In this document: in pieces, positions 7,670 to 16,310 of the stretch
How the letters are laid out: every line of letters starts with the position of its first letter
How positions within the stretch are numbered: the stretch's first letter is position 1
DNA from: an uncultured virus (IMG/VR IMGVR_UViG_3300006217_002156)
Lineage: Duplodnaviria > Heunggongvirae > Uroviricota > Caudoviricetes
IMG/VR virus record: IMGVR_UViG_3300006217_002156
Direction: 5' to 3' (one strand)
DNA length: 20,000 bases
The notes under the pieces: model-generated
Databases searched by the model: none
What the model saw: only the letters and a program-made list of their open reading frames with translations
What the model was told of the DNA's origin: nothing
Position numbers and translations under genes: made by a program

Positions 7670-8142
7670 TGGCGAGATGGGGACGAGTGGACTACGAGCA
7701 GTTCAGGAAGCTCCAGCAAAATATCGCCAAACTCGCTGAGACCACGGATATGGACGACTTTTGTCGTGAATGCTGCAAAGCGTTGGCTGCCAGACTGCTG
7801 GCTCTGGTGATACCGGCGACGCCGGTGGGCAGGTATCCGAAATCAGCCGGTAAGAAGGGCGGTACTCTGCGGCGGGGCTGGGGGGCGGACACAGCTGGAA
7901 AGGCCAAGGCCTATGTGGCGGGCCTTCCCATTACAAAGGCAGGTTCCGGCTATCAGATTGAGATCATCAATCCAGTTGAGTATGCCAGCTATGTGGAGTT
8001 TGGACACTGGACCCGGGGCGGCGCTGGCTGGGTCGAAGGCCGATATATGTTGACCGCTTCGGAAGAGAAGCTGAAAACAGTGGCTCCGAGCGTTTTGGAG
8101 AAACTGTTGCTTGAGCGCTTTAAGGAGGCCTTCCATGTCTGA
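7669..8142 (+). CDS. HK97 gp10 family neck protein
   Basis: TPVG...GGTLRRGW, INPVEYASYVEFGH and WVEGRYML. Confidence 0.9.
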   Translation: MARWGRVDYEQFRKLQQNIAKLAETTDMDDFCRECCKALAARLLALVIPATPVGRYPKSAGKKGGTLRRGWGADTAGKAKAYVAGLPITKAGSGYQIEIINPVEYASYVEFGHWTRGGAGWVEGRYMLTASEEKLKTVAPSVLEKLLLERFKEAFHV

Positions 8143-8560
8143 GATCAATACGAGCCTTATTTTAGATGGCATTACGTTGGCTTTGCGCGGGGCTTTCCCA
8201 AAAAGTCAAATTGCATCCAAGGCGGTTAAGCAGGGGCTGTGTGCCCCTGCTTTTATTGTGCTGTTAACTTCGGCAAGTCAAGGGGCCCGGCCCTCAGAGC
8301 GGCTGCGTCAGCTTACACGCTTTGACATCATCTATTTCCCCAGGCATGGACGGGAGGAGTGCTACAAGGCGGCAGATAAGCTCTGCGAAGTTCTTGGAGT
8401 AATTACCTTGCCGGGGGGAGATCAGCTGCGGGGCTTTGATATCAGCTTCAGCGTAATTGATGGCGAGCTCCACTTTCTTGTCTCCTACAACTATTTTGCC
8501 TACCGGGAAAAAGGGGGGACATCAATGGGGAGTTTGGAGATCCAGCAAGGAGGAATGTGA
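8135..8560 (+). CDS. Tail terminator / tail completion protein
   Basis: ATG 8135 after AAGGAGG; I..AL...FP, VKQGL..PAF, FDIIYFP and DGELHFLV.Y; position before sheath. Confidence 0.72.
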   Translation: MSEINTSLILDGITLALRGAFPKSQIASKAVKQGLCAPAFIVLLTSASQGARPSERLRQLTRFDIIYFPRHGREECYKAADKLCEVLGVITLPGGDQLRGFDISFSVIDGELHFLVSYNYFAYREKGGTSMGSLEIQQGGM

Positions 8561-8561
8561 A

Positions 8562-8747
8562 ATGGCGAAAGTTATTGCGGCGGAAAATCACGCCGCTCAA
8601 AAGTTTTCCAAAGAGCAGCTGATCCGATCCACTCGCTTTGCCGGGCGGCGCGATCTGTTGGGCGCTCTTTTGAAAGAGGATAAGCGGTACTCGGTGGAAG
8701 AGGCCGAGACGGCGATCGAACACTACATGAAAGGCAAGGTGACCTGA
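8562..8747 (+). CDS. Small tail-associated hypothetical protein (61 aa) preceding sheath
   Basis: ATG 8562 after AGGAGG; FSKEQL..S.RF..RRDLL.ALL..DKRYS.EE....I..YMKGKV, a small gene commonly seen upstream of Firmicutes sheath genes. Confidence 0.75.
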   Translation: MAKVIAAENHAAQKFSKEQLIRSTRFAGRRDLLGALLKEDKRYSVEEAETAIEHYMKGKVT

Positions 8748-8748
8748 T

Positions 8749-10089
8749 ATGGCTCTTGGCGGCGGTATCTGGGCAGGACAAAATAAGGTGCTCCCCGGAA
8801 CTTATATCAATGTTTCCAGCGCCGCAAAGGCATCCGCGGCGCTCTCTGAGAGAGGCTATGCGGCCATGCCCCTGATGCTGGACTGGGGTCCTGATGGCAC
8901 GATTTTCACCGTGACAAGCGTAGACTTCCAAAAGAACAGTCTGAAACTCTTTGGCCATGCCTATGCTGATGCGGCTATGCTTCCCCTGCGGGAGCTCTTC
9001 CGGCATGCGCAGACCCTCTATGCCTACCGGCTGAACAGCGGCGGCGCAAAAGCCTCCAACAAATTCTGCACGGCAAAATATACCGGAAGCGCCGGGAACC
9101 GACTCTCCACAGTCATTGCGGTCAATGTGGACGATGAGGCCTTGTTTGATGTCAGCACTTATATGGACAGGACCGTTGTGGACACCCAGACGGTGGCGAA
9201 GGCCGAAGATCTTGTGCCCAACGAGTTCGTTGTCTGGAAGACTGATGCGGCCCTTGAGGAGACAGCAAAAACTCCGCTGAGCGCAGGGTCCAACGGCACG
9301 GCGAATGCGGCGGCCTATCAGGCCTTTCTTGATAAGATTGAGAGCTACAGCTTCAATACCCTGGGCTGTCCTTCTGATGACGCGGCTACCATTGGCCTGT
9401 TCGTCAACTTTACCCAGCGGATGCGGGATGAAGTGGGCGCAAATTTCCAGACCGTTGTCTTCAATGCGCTTAATGAGGCCAAGGCCGGAGACTATGAGGG
9501 CGTGATCGGGATCGGGAATAAGGTCGCTGACTTTGATTCTGCGATCCCCGGCATGGGCCAGTATGGCCTGGTGTACTGGGCGACAGGCATCTCCGCCGGC
9601 TGTGCGGTCAACAAGTCCAACACCAATAAGCGATATGACGGAGAGCTGAGCGTCGACGTGGACTACACCCAGGCCGACTTGGAGAAGGGGATCAAGACCG
9701 GCCGGTTTATGTTCCACAATGTGGGCGGGGAGGTTCGCATCCTGGAGGACATCAACTCCCTGGTGACAGTCTCTGACACTAAGGGTGATATTTTCAAGGC
9801 TAATCAGACCGTACGTGTCTGCGACCAGATCGCCAACGACGTGGCTGTCCTCTTCAACACCCGCTACCTGGGAACTGTGCCCAATGATGCGGCTGGCCGT
9901 GTGGCGCTGTGGAATGACATCTGCAAGATCTATCAGGCGCTTGAGTCCATCCGTGCAGTCGAGAACTTTGACCCTGATACGGTGACGATCGAGCAGGGCG
10001 AGACCAAGAAGGCCGTTGTCTGCACGACCAGGGATCTCAACATTATCAACGCTATGGCCCAGCTCTACCTGAGCGTCGTGGTCATGTGA
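8749..10089 (+). CDS. Tail sheath protein (XkdK-like)
   Basis: MALGGG.W..QNKVLPGTYIN, LDWGP, AKYTG..GN, DINSL, NQTVRV.DQIAND and Y.G.VPND..GR. Confidence 0.95.
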   Translation: MALGGGIWAGQNKVLPGTYINVSSAAKASAALSERGYAAMPLMLDWGPDGTIFTVTSVDFQKNSLKLFGHAYADAAMLPLRELFRHAQTLYAYRLNSGGAKASNKFCTAKYTGSAGNRLSTVIAVNVDDEALFDVSTYMDRTVVDTQTVAKAEDLVPNEFVVWKTDAALEETAKTPLSAGSNGTANAAAYQAFLDKIESYSFNTLGCPSDDAATIGLFVNFTQRMRDEVGANFQTVVFNALNEAKAGDYEGVIGIGNKVADFDSAIPGMGQYGLVYWATGISAGCAVNKSNTNKRYDGELSVDVDYTQADLEKGIKTGRFMFHNVGGEVRILEDINSLVTVSDTKGDIFKANQTVRVCDQIANDVAVLFNTRYLGTVPNDAAGRVALWNDICKIYQALESIRAVENFDPDTVTIEQGETKKAVVCTTRDLNIINAMAQLYLSVVVM

Positions 10090-10102
10090 GGGAGGGAGAT
10101 CA

Positions 10103-10579
10103 ATGAACCAGGCAATTATGAACGCGCTGGACGCCGTTTCCGGTTCTCAGGCGTCTGCATATATCACCATGGACGACGGAAACCGCTACTGCTTTATGCA
10201 GCTGTACTCCTTTGAGTCCAGTATGGAGATCAACATTGCGGAGGTGCCGATCCTGGGTAAAACCGGCAAAGGCAGCAAGCCCGCAGGCTGGACGGGGACC
10301 TGGTCCGGTACGGCCCACTACAACCAGTCCATCATCCGTAAAATGCTCCTGGAGTATAAGAGGACCGGTATCATGCGCCCCTTTGATATCCAGATCACCA
10401 ATGAGGATCTGACCGCCTCTGTAGGCCGTCAGACCATCATTCTGAAAAATTGCCTTACCAAGGGCGGTATTCTGGCCAAGTTTGATGCGGACTCCGAGAC
10501 CCTGGATGAGGATCTGGAAGGCACCTTCGACGACTGGGAGATGCCTGAGACCTTTACGTTGCTTAACGGCATGCAATGA
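10103..10579 (+). CDS. Tail tube protein (XkdM-like)
   Basis: EVPILGKTGKG.K..GW.GT, FDIQITNED..ASVGRQT, ILAKFDAD and FDDWEMPETF; follows sheath. Confidence 0.93.
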   Translation: MNQAIMNALDAVSGSQASAYITMDDGNRYCFMQLYSFESSMEINIAEVPILGKTGKGSKPAGWTGTWSGTAHYNQSIIRKMLLEYKRTGIMRPFDIQITNEDLTASVGRQTIILKNCLTKGGILAKFDADSETLDEDLEGTFDDWEMPETFTLLNGMQ

Positions 10580-10605
10580 GCCGAAATAAAAGAGGAGGAA
10601 AACTC

Positions 10606-11037
10606 ATGGCGAAAACTCTCACTGCGTTCCTTGCACAGAACGCCAAAAAGATCGACAATGTAAACTTTGCCGTGTCTGACCGTTTTGTGGACCCAGAGAC
10701 CGGAAAGCCTATGCAGTGGGAAATCTGCTGCATTACCGCAGCGGAGAACTCCGGCCTCAGAAGGACGTGTATGCGCACAGTCTCCGTGCCCGGCAAGAAG
10801 GGCCAATTTACCCAGGACTTTGACGCCAACGCCTACCTTGTAAAGGTGGCTGTACGCTGCACGGTGTTTCCAAATCTCAACGACGCAGAGCTCCAGGCGA
10901 GCTACGGCGTTATGGGGGCCGAACAGCTTATCACCACCATGCTGACCCCCGCCGAGTTTGAAGACTACTCCACAAAGGTCCTTCAGGTCAACGGCTTCCA
11001 GACCGGAGACGAGATGGTGACCGACGCAAAAAACTAA
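10606..11037 (+). CDS. Tail assembly chaperone (XkdN-like, G product)
   Basis: ATG 10606 after GAGGAGG; SDRFVD..G.P..WEI, VFPNLNDAELQ.SYGVM.AE.L...ML.P.E; ends AKN-stop at a slippery site. Confidence 0.9.
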   Translation: MAKTLTAFLAQNAKKIDNVNFAVSDRFVDPETGKPMQWEICCITAAENSGLRRTCMRTVSVPGKKGQFTQDFDANAYLVKVAVRCTVFPNLNDAELQASYGVMGAEQLITTMLTPAEFEDYSTKVLQVNGFQTGDEMVTDAKN

Positions 11038-11213
11038 TTCTTGGAGACGACCCCGAAGCGAACTACGCCTACTACTGTCTCCACAAGCTCCGCTGGCCGC
11101 CGAAGGTTTTTCTTGACATGGATCCTTATGAGCGGGCTTTTATAATTGCGGCAATCGATATTAAGGTCGAGCAGGAGAAAAAACAAGCGGCAAAGATAAA
11201 GCGAAAAAAATAA
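10606..11213 (+). CDS. Tail assembly chaperone frameshift product (GT-like)
   Basis: Slippery heptamer A-AAA-AAC at 11028-11034 just before TAA; -1 frame continues 59 codons LILGDDPEANYAYYCLHKLRWPPKVFLDMDPYERAFIIAAIDIKVEQEKKQAAKIKRKK to TAA 11211-11213. Confidence 0.85.
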
Positions 11214-11246
11214 CTTAGCGGCGGAGTGGGGTCCCGCCGCTAAGTT
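11204..11246 (-). terminator. Terminator for the antisense moron
   Basis: 13-bp inverted repeat AACTTAGCGGCGG(11212-11224)/CCGCCGCTAAGTT(11234-11246); on the minus strand it is followed by ATTTTTTT. Confidence 0.8.
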
Positions 11247-11934
11247 TGCTGCCTGCTTCATTAAATTCTTTAAGTACTTGATACGTCATCCCCAGTGCGT
11301 ATTCAGTCTGGCTTATGTCAATCTGAATATTTTGCTGCTGATTCCCTGTCACAATGGTAAAGGCGTCTCTGGCGACGGCTTTGACCGCCGATATTTTAGA
11401 CAGGGGAAGGTCAAAGGAATTTTTTATACCGATAAAGACGAGCCTTTGATTGGTGACGATATGGTCTCCAGGGTTGTACTTGGTAACGTCACCGCGAATT
11501 GGAGTCCTTGTAGAGCCGCCGGCATGATAGAAGAGGCCTCCTGTGATTCTGATACTTAACCCGCCGCTGCCACCGGTATACCTAAGAACCTCCTCTTGGC
11601 GAATAAAGGTATTCGCAGGAGAGGCGAAATAAATTATTTCCTGAGGGTTGAGCTGAAGGCCAGGGTAGATGATAAGCGGGATCTGATTGGAGGTTTCATA
11701 CAGCGAAACGTCCACATAAGGATTGACAAAAGGCTCGTGCTTTTTCTGCGCCGGCTGTTTGAAAGCGCGCATCGATACCGTGATGATGAAAATAGATACG
11801 GTAATCAAGATAATTGACACAATGAGAAAGCCTGCTGATTCTTTTAGGATGACAAACCCGATAAAAAGTGTTGCGGAAATCGCCAGGAGGACAGAGCCGA
11901 CTACCATACAGAGAAAACTAAAAAACTTGTTCAT
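11215..11934 (-). CDS. Moron: membrane protein with two N-terminal TM helices and a PH-like C-terminal domain
   Basis: Likely start MNKFFSF (ATG 11934; ORF track extends to 11982); two hydrophobic stretches then L.L...E.IYF, YTGGSGGLSIRI..G..Y..GG and G.HIVTNQRLVFIG..SFDLPLSKI; GC about 40-43% in sampled lines versus clearly higher flanks. Confidence 0.8.
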   Translation of the reverse strand: MNKFFSFLCMVVGSVLLAISATLFIGFVILKESAGFLIVSIILITVSIFIITVSMRAFKQPAQKKHEPFVNPYVDVSLYETSNQIPLIIYPGLQLNPQEIIYFASPANTFIRQEEVLRYTGGSGGLSIRITGGLFYHAGGSTRTPIRGDVTKYNPGDHIVTNQRLVFIGIKNSFDLPLSKISAVKAVARDAFTIVTGNQQQNIQIDISQTEYALGMTYQVLKEFNEAGSKLSGGTPLRR

Positions 11935-11970
11935 TTGCAGCTCTCTCTCTTGCCTCTTTGTTGTATTCCA

Positions 11971-11981
11971 TTTATAGCACA
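11971..11981 (-). promoter_or_regulatory. Putative sigma-A extended -10 promoter of the moron
   Basis: Minus strand TGTGCTATAAA matches TRTGnTATAAT with one mismatch, 36 nt upstream of ATG 11934, preceded by a T-rich tract; no good -35. Confidence 0.55.
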
Positions 11982-12013
11982 AAAATCCAAAAAAAGAAAG
12001 AAGGGAAAAACGG

Positions 12014-13963
12014 ATGGCTCTGATCCGCTCTCAGCTTGTGCTGTCTGACGCTATGACCGGACCGCTGAAAAGTATCAACAAGGCGATGAACCTGGTGCTG
12101 GACAGTCTTGAGTCTATGCAGAGTGCTGCAGGCCGGCCCATTGATACCGGGCCGGCCAACGAAGCGCGGCGCGAGCTCATAAGGCTGGGGCAGCAGCTGG
12201 ATACTTTGGACAATCAGACGCAGAAGACAGACAACACCCTCAATACCCTTCTGCGGACGCTGGGACTCGTTGCAGTGGCTCACAAAGCCTTTGAGGTATT
12301 CAAGACCGGGGTGGGATATGCCTCTGATTTGGCAGAGGTCCAGAATGTGGTGGACATCACCTTTGGCAGTTCGGCGGATACCATCGACACCTGGGCAAAA
12401 ACTGCGCTGGATGCTTACGGGATGAATGAAGTAAGCGCAAAACGGTACGCCGGTACAATGGGGGCTATGCTGAGCTCCTCCGGCCTCGCCGGCGATTCTA
12501 TTGTAGGTATGTCGAAGGATATGGTCGGCCTTGCCGGTGATATGGCCTCTTTCTATAACCTAGATCTCGAAACCGCCTTCCAGAAGATCCGCTCCGGCAT
12601 TTCCGGCGAGACGGAGCCGCTGAAGCAGCTTGGTATCAATATGTCGGTGGCGAATCTGGAGGCCTATGCCCTTGCCCAGGGGATCGGAAAGTCCTACAGC
12701 GAGATGTCGCAGGCCGAGCAGGTGATGCTCCGGTATAACTATCTGATGAGCACCACTGCCGACGCCCAGGGAGACTTCGCCCGGACTTCTGACAGCTGGG
12801 CCAACCAGACCCGGCTTCTCTCGGAAAACTGGCTGCAGTTTACCGGCGTTCTGGCCGAGCAGTTTCTGCCCATGCTTACGGAAGTGGCCTCCTGGCTCAA
12901 TGATGTTGTCAGCTTTCTCACAGAAAATGCAGAGACTGTTACGACGGTCCTGCTTGCGGTAGGTTCCGCAATCGGTGTTGTAGCTGCGGCGATCCTGATT
13001 TGGAAGGCCGTCACACTGGCACAGACTGTTGCGCAATGGGCTCAAAACGCGGCATTGCTGGCGAATCCTTTGACTGGGTTGGTGTTGATTCTCGCTGCAG
13101 TGGTTGGTGCTCTAATTGCAGTCATCCACAATACGATTGGACTCACCAACGCATGGAATATCTGTAAGGCCGCGCTGCTGGTGGGCTGGGCTGCCATCAA
13201 GATCGTCTGGAATGGGCTGGTATACGCCATCATGGTGGGCGTAAATAAGGTCGTCGATTTTGCGGACAACCTGACGCTGTGCTGGGAGAAGGCAGGCGTG
13301 GCGATCGAGAATTATCTGGGAGATATGAAGGTGTCGGTGCTGACCATCCTCCAAAATATGGTCAACGGCGCCATTGACATTATCAATAACTTTATCGGGG
13401 TACTGAACAAACTTCCCGGCGTCAGCATTGACACCATTGAGCACGTGACCTTTGCGGCCACTGCGGCGGCGGAAAATGAGGCAGCCAAGCAGGCCAGGGC
13501 AGAAGATCTGGCGGCCTTTGAGGCTGAGCTTGCGGCGGGCAAGGCCCATCGTGACAGTGAGCTGCAGGCCCAGAAGGCTAACCTGGAGAAATCTATGGAA
13601 GGTTATGAGCAGGCGAAAAATAACTTTGCAGAGGCGTTGGTTAGGAGTCAGGCGGAAGAAGACACAAAGAGTGATGGGGAGGAAGCCGCTCAGGATCCTA
13701 TGCTCGATGAGATCGGCGCGAACACCGGTGAGATCGCAGGCAACACCAGCGGCCTCAAGGAGACCAATGAGGATCTCAAGTATCTGCGGGATATCGCCGA
13801 ACAGGAGGCAATCAACCGCTTTACCACCGCTGAGGTCAAGATCGACATGACCGGCATGACTAACAGAATTGACTCCAACATGGACCTGGACGGTGTGCTG
13901 ACCACGCTGACAGAGGGCTTTGCTGAGGCGCTTGAAGTTGCGGCTGAGGGGGTGCATGCATAG
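12014..13963 (+). CDS. Tape measure protein
   Basis: 649 aa, Ala-rich helical; N-term L.D.MTGPL..I, SDLAEVQNVVD.TFG, AGDMASFYN, SGISGETEPLKQLGI, central hydrophobic segment with ALLANP, C-term DLKYLRDIAEQEAINRFTTAE. Confidence 0.93.
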   Translation: MALIRSQLVLSDAMTGPLKSINKAMNLVLDSLESMQSAAGRPIDTGPANEARRELIRLGQQLDTLDNQTQKTDNTLNTLLRTLGLVAVAHKAFEVFKTGVGYASDLAEVQNVVDITFGSSADTIDTWAKTALDAYGMNEVSAKRYAGTMGAMLSSSGLAGDSIVGMSKDMVGLAGDMASFYNLDLETAFQKIRSGISGETEPLKQLGINMSVANLEAYALAQGIGKSYSEMSQAEQVMLRYNYLMSTTADAQGDFARTSDSWANQTRLLSENWLQFTGVLAEQFLPMLTEVASWLNDVVSFLTENAETVTTVLLAVGSAIGVVAAAILIWKAVTLAQTVAQWAQNAALLANPLTGLVLILAAVVGALIAVIHNTIGLTNAWNICKAALLVGWAAIKIVWNGLVYAIMVGVNKVVDFADNLTLCWEKAGVAIENYLGDMKVSVLTILQNMVNGAIDIINNFIGVLNKLPGVSIDTIEHVTFAATAAAENEAAKQARAEDLAAFEAELAAGKAHRDSELQAQKANLEKSMEGYEQAKNNFAEALVRSQAEEDTKSDGEEAAQDPMLDEIGANTGEIAGNTSGLKETNEDLKYLRDIAEQEAINRFTTAEVKIDMTGMTNRIDSNMDLDGVLTTLTEGFAEALEVAAEGVHA

Positions 13964-14628
13964 TGTATCGCTTTTTCTTCGGCAATATGCTCTTGCCGGT
14001 CACCCCCCAGAAGCTGAATCTGAAGGTCAAGGGTTCCAACAAGACTCTTACCCTTATTAATGAGGGAGAGATCAGTTTTCTGCGGTCTCCCGGCCTTACG
14101 GAGATTAGTTTTGACGCGGTTCTCCCCATGTTGGAGCAGTATTCCTTTTCCAGTGCATATCAACGCCCGGACTACTATCTTGACACCTTTGAGAGACTCA
14201 TGACCGAACGAAAACCCTTCCGCTTTATCGTGAGCCGCGTGGCTCCCTCCGGGCAGCTTTTGTACGACCAGAATATGAAAGTGAGTCTGGAGAACTACAC
14301 GGTCACAGAGGACGCCACAAAAGGTCCTGACGTGGTGGTGAGCCTCTCTCTCAAGCAGTACGCAGACTTCGCAACTAAGATCGTAGCGGTGGTAAAGCCG
14401 ACGCCGGAGAGCAAGCCGGTGGCGCAGGAAAAGATGAAGCGGGACGCCAGCACCGCTCCGACAGCGAAGGCATATACCGTCGCGAGAGGGGACTGCCTTT
14501 GGACGATAGCGAAGCGGTTTTATGACAGCGGCGCCCAGTACATGAAAATCTACAACGCAAGCCAGGATGTTTTCAAGGGACGCAGCCCAAATCTGCTCTA
14601 CGTGGGGGAGGTGCTGACGATCCCGTGA
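13963..14628 (+). CDS. LysM-domain tail tube initiator (XkdP-like)
   Basis: LLPVTP.KL, LINEGEI..L..PGLTEISF; C-terminal LysM YTVARGDCLWTIAKRFY..G..Y.KIYNA....PNLLYVGEVLTIP. Confidence 0.92.
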   Translation: MYRFFFGNMLLPVTPQKLNLKVKGSNKTLTLINEGEISFLRSPGLTEISFDAVLPMLEQYSFSSAYQRPDYYLDTFERLMTERKPFRFIVSRVAPSGQLLYDQNMKVSLENYTVTEDATKGPDVVVSLSLKQYADFATKIVAVVKPTPESKPVAQEKMKRDASTAPTAKAYTVARGDCLWTIAKRFYDSGAQYMKIYNASQDVFKGRSPNLLYVGEVLTIP

Positions 14629-15590
14629 AAGTTGACCTGATGATCCAAAGCGGTGACATCTGCTATTACCCGATCGTGGAGGAGGGCGTTTCGCTGGACT
14701 GGACCCGCAGGGGCTCGCCTGGTAAGCTCAAGTTCTCAGTTGTCAACGACGGGGCCATCTCCTTTCAGGAGGGGGATCGTGTTACGCTGAACGTTGATGG
14801 TATAGGCCTGTTTCAGGGCTTTGTTTTTGCGAAAAGCCGTTCTGGAAATACACCGTACCGCATTGAGGTTACCGCCTACGATCAGCTCCGATATTTCAAG
14901 AACAAGGATACCTATAACTTTCTCAATAAGACGGCCACGGAGATCGTTGCCCTGCTCGCGGCGGACTTTCAGCTGAAGACAGGTATCCTTGAGGAAACCG
15001 GCTACAAGATCGCATCGCTACCGGAGGACAATGCTGCGCTTTTTGATATGATCCAGGACGCGCTCGATGAGACCCTCCAGGCAAAAAATCAGCTCTTTGT
15101 GCTCTATGACGACATGGGCAAGCTGATGCTGCGAAATGTTGAGAATATGAAGATAGATCTCTGCATTGACAGGGACACAGCGGGCAGCTACAGCTACTCC
15201 AGCTCCATTGACAAGCAGACCTACAACCAGATCAAAATCCGTTTCGAGAATCAGAAGACTGGTACCCGAGAGATCTTTATCGCAAAAGACAGCGCCCATA
15301 TCAACCAGTGGGGTCTTCTGCAGTACACCGACAAGGTGGAACTGTCTGCCAGCGGTGCGGCGAAGGCTGAGGCGTTGCTGAAGCTCTACAATGCCAAGAC
15401 TCGCACTCTATCCATCTCCGATGCGCTCGGAGATACCAGGGTGCGGGCCGGCTCGTCGGTCATCGTAAAGCTGGGGCTCGGCGACATCAACGTTCAAAGC
15501 TATCTGCTTGTGGAGCAGGTGACCCATAAGTTCAAGCAGGGAGAGCACCTGATGGATCTGAAGCTGAGAGGAGGGACCTTTGTTGCCTGA
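14625..15590 (+). CDS. Baseplate hub protein (XkdQ-like)
   Basis: W...R.GSPGKL.F, F.EGD.V, TAYDQLRYFKNKD, YDD.GKL.L, YNQIK, WG.LQY, GD.RVRAG and H.MDL.L. Confidence 0.9.
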   Translation: MKVDLMIQSGDICYYPIVEEGVSLDWTRRGSPGKLKFSVVNDGAISFQEGDRVTLNVDGIGLFQGFVFAKSRSGNTPYRIEVTAYDQLRYFKNKDTYNFLNKTATEIVALLAADFQLKTGILEETGYKIASLPEDNAALFDMIQDALDETLQAKNQLFVLYDDMGKLMLRNVENMKIDLCIDRDTAGSYSYSSSIDKQTYNQIKIRFENQKTGTREIFIAKDSAHINQWGLLQYTDKVELSASGAAKAEALLKLYNAKTRTLSISDALGDTRVRAGSSVIVKLGLGDINVQSYLLVEQVTHKFKQGEHLMDLKLRGGTFVA

Positions 15591-15921
15591 TATGAACGCT
15601 TTTTTGAGCGACGTAAAACGCGCCGCACTGGAAGCTGTCCGAGCCGACAAACCCTTTGGGTTTCTATATGGTGAGGTGACAGGCGTCTCGCCGCTGAAAG
15701 TCCGGGTGGACCAGAAGCTGGAACTGGCGGCATCACAGCTCATTCTCACCAACGCCGTCCGGGACCACGCGGTCAAAATGACCGTGGACGATCCGGTGGA
15801 GCGCAGGATAGTGGCCCACCAGGTCCACCTGAGCTTAAAAGTTGGCGAGCGCGTGCTCCTGCTGCGGGCCGATGGCGGAAGGAAGTTCATCGTTTTAGAC
15901 AGAGTGGAGGAGCCGGCATGA
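15580..15921 (+). CDS. Baseplate spike-like protein (XkdR/DUF2577-like)
   Basis: G.V..VSPLKV.VDQKL.L...QLILT and LKVGERVLLLR..GG.KFIVLDR; TTG start at 15580 or 15583. Confidence 0.85.
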   Translation: MLPDMNAFLSDVKRAALEAVRADKPFGFLYGEVTGVSPLKVRVDQKLELAASQLILTNAVRDHAVKMTVDDPVERRIVAHQVHLSLKVGERVLLLRADGGRKFIVLDRVEEPA

Positions 15922-16310
15922 TCCCTCAAGTTGATAACGACCTTGCGAATCTGGAAGTAGAACGCCAGCCGGGGCTGACCTACGCACTGGATCTGGAGCA
16001 CGGCCGGATCCGGGGAAAGATAGACCGCCTGGAAGCACTGCGCCAGGCGGTCTATCTGATCCTCAGCACAGAGCGGTATGACCGGCTGATCTACTCCTGG
16101 AACTATGGCCGTGAGTTCAAGGGATTGATCGGCCAGCCAAGGGAGTTTGTACTTTCTGAGCTCAAGCGCTGTATCTCCGAAGCTCTGCTGCAGGATGACC
16201 GCATTACCGCCGTTGACGCCTTTGAGTTCACGGCTGGAAAGGACACCGTACATGCGGCCTTTACCGTGCACAGTATTTTCGGTGAGATGGAGGTAGAAAT
16301 CGATGTATGA
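15918..16310 (+). CDS. Baseplate sheath-initiator protein (XkdS/DUF2634-like)
   Basis: EALRQAV..IL.TERY...IYSWNYG.E, ELKR.I.EALLQDDRI..V..F and F.VHSIFG. Confidence 0.9.
   Translation: MIPQVDNDLANLEVERQPGLTYALDLEHGRIRGKIDRLEALRQAVYLILSTERYDRLIYSWNYGREFKGLIGQPREFVLSELKRCISEALLQDDRITAVDAFEFTAGKDTVHAAFTVHSIFGEMEVEIDV

Noticed and set aside
8572..9717. 381-aa minus-strand ORF, and similar long antisense ORFs at 1273-2181, 13112-13957, 15408-16271 and 16261-17052
   Set aside because: Lie opposite well-supported structural genes and have no protein-like motifs; expected in GC-rich coding DNA
11278..11977. Short + strand ORFs within the moron interval
   Set aside because: No coherent features; the minus-strand ORF explains the region with promoter, TM helices and terminator
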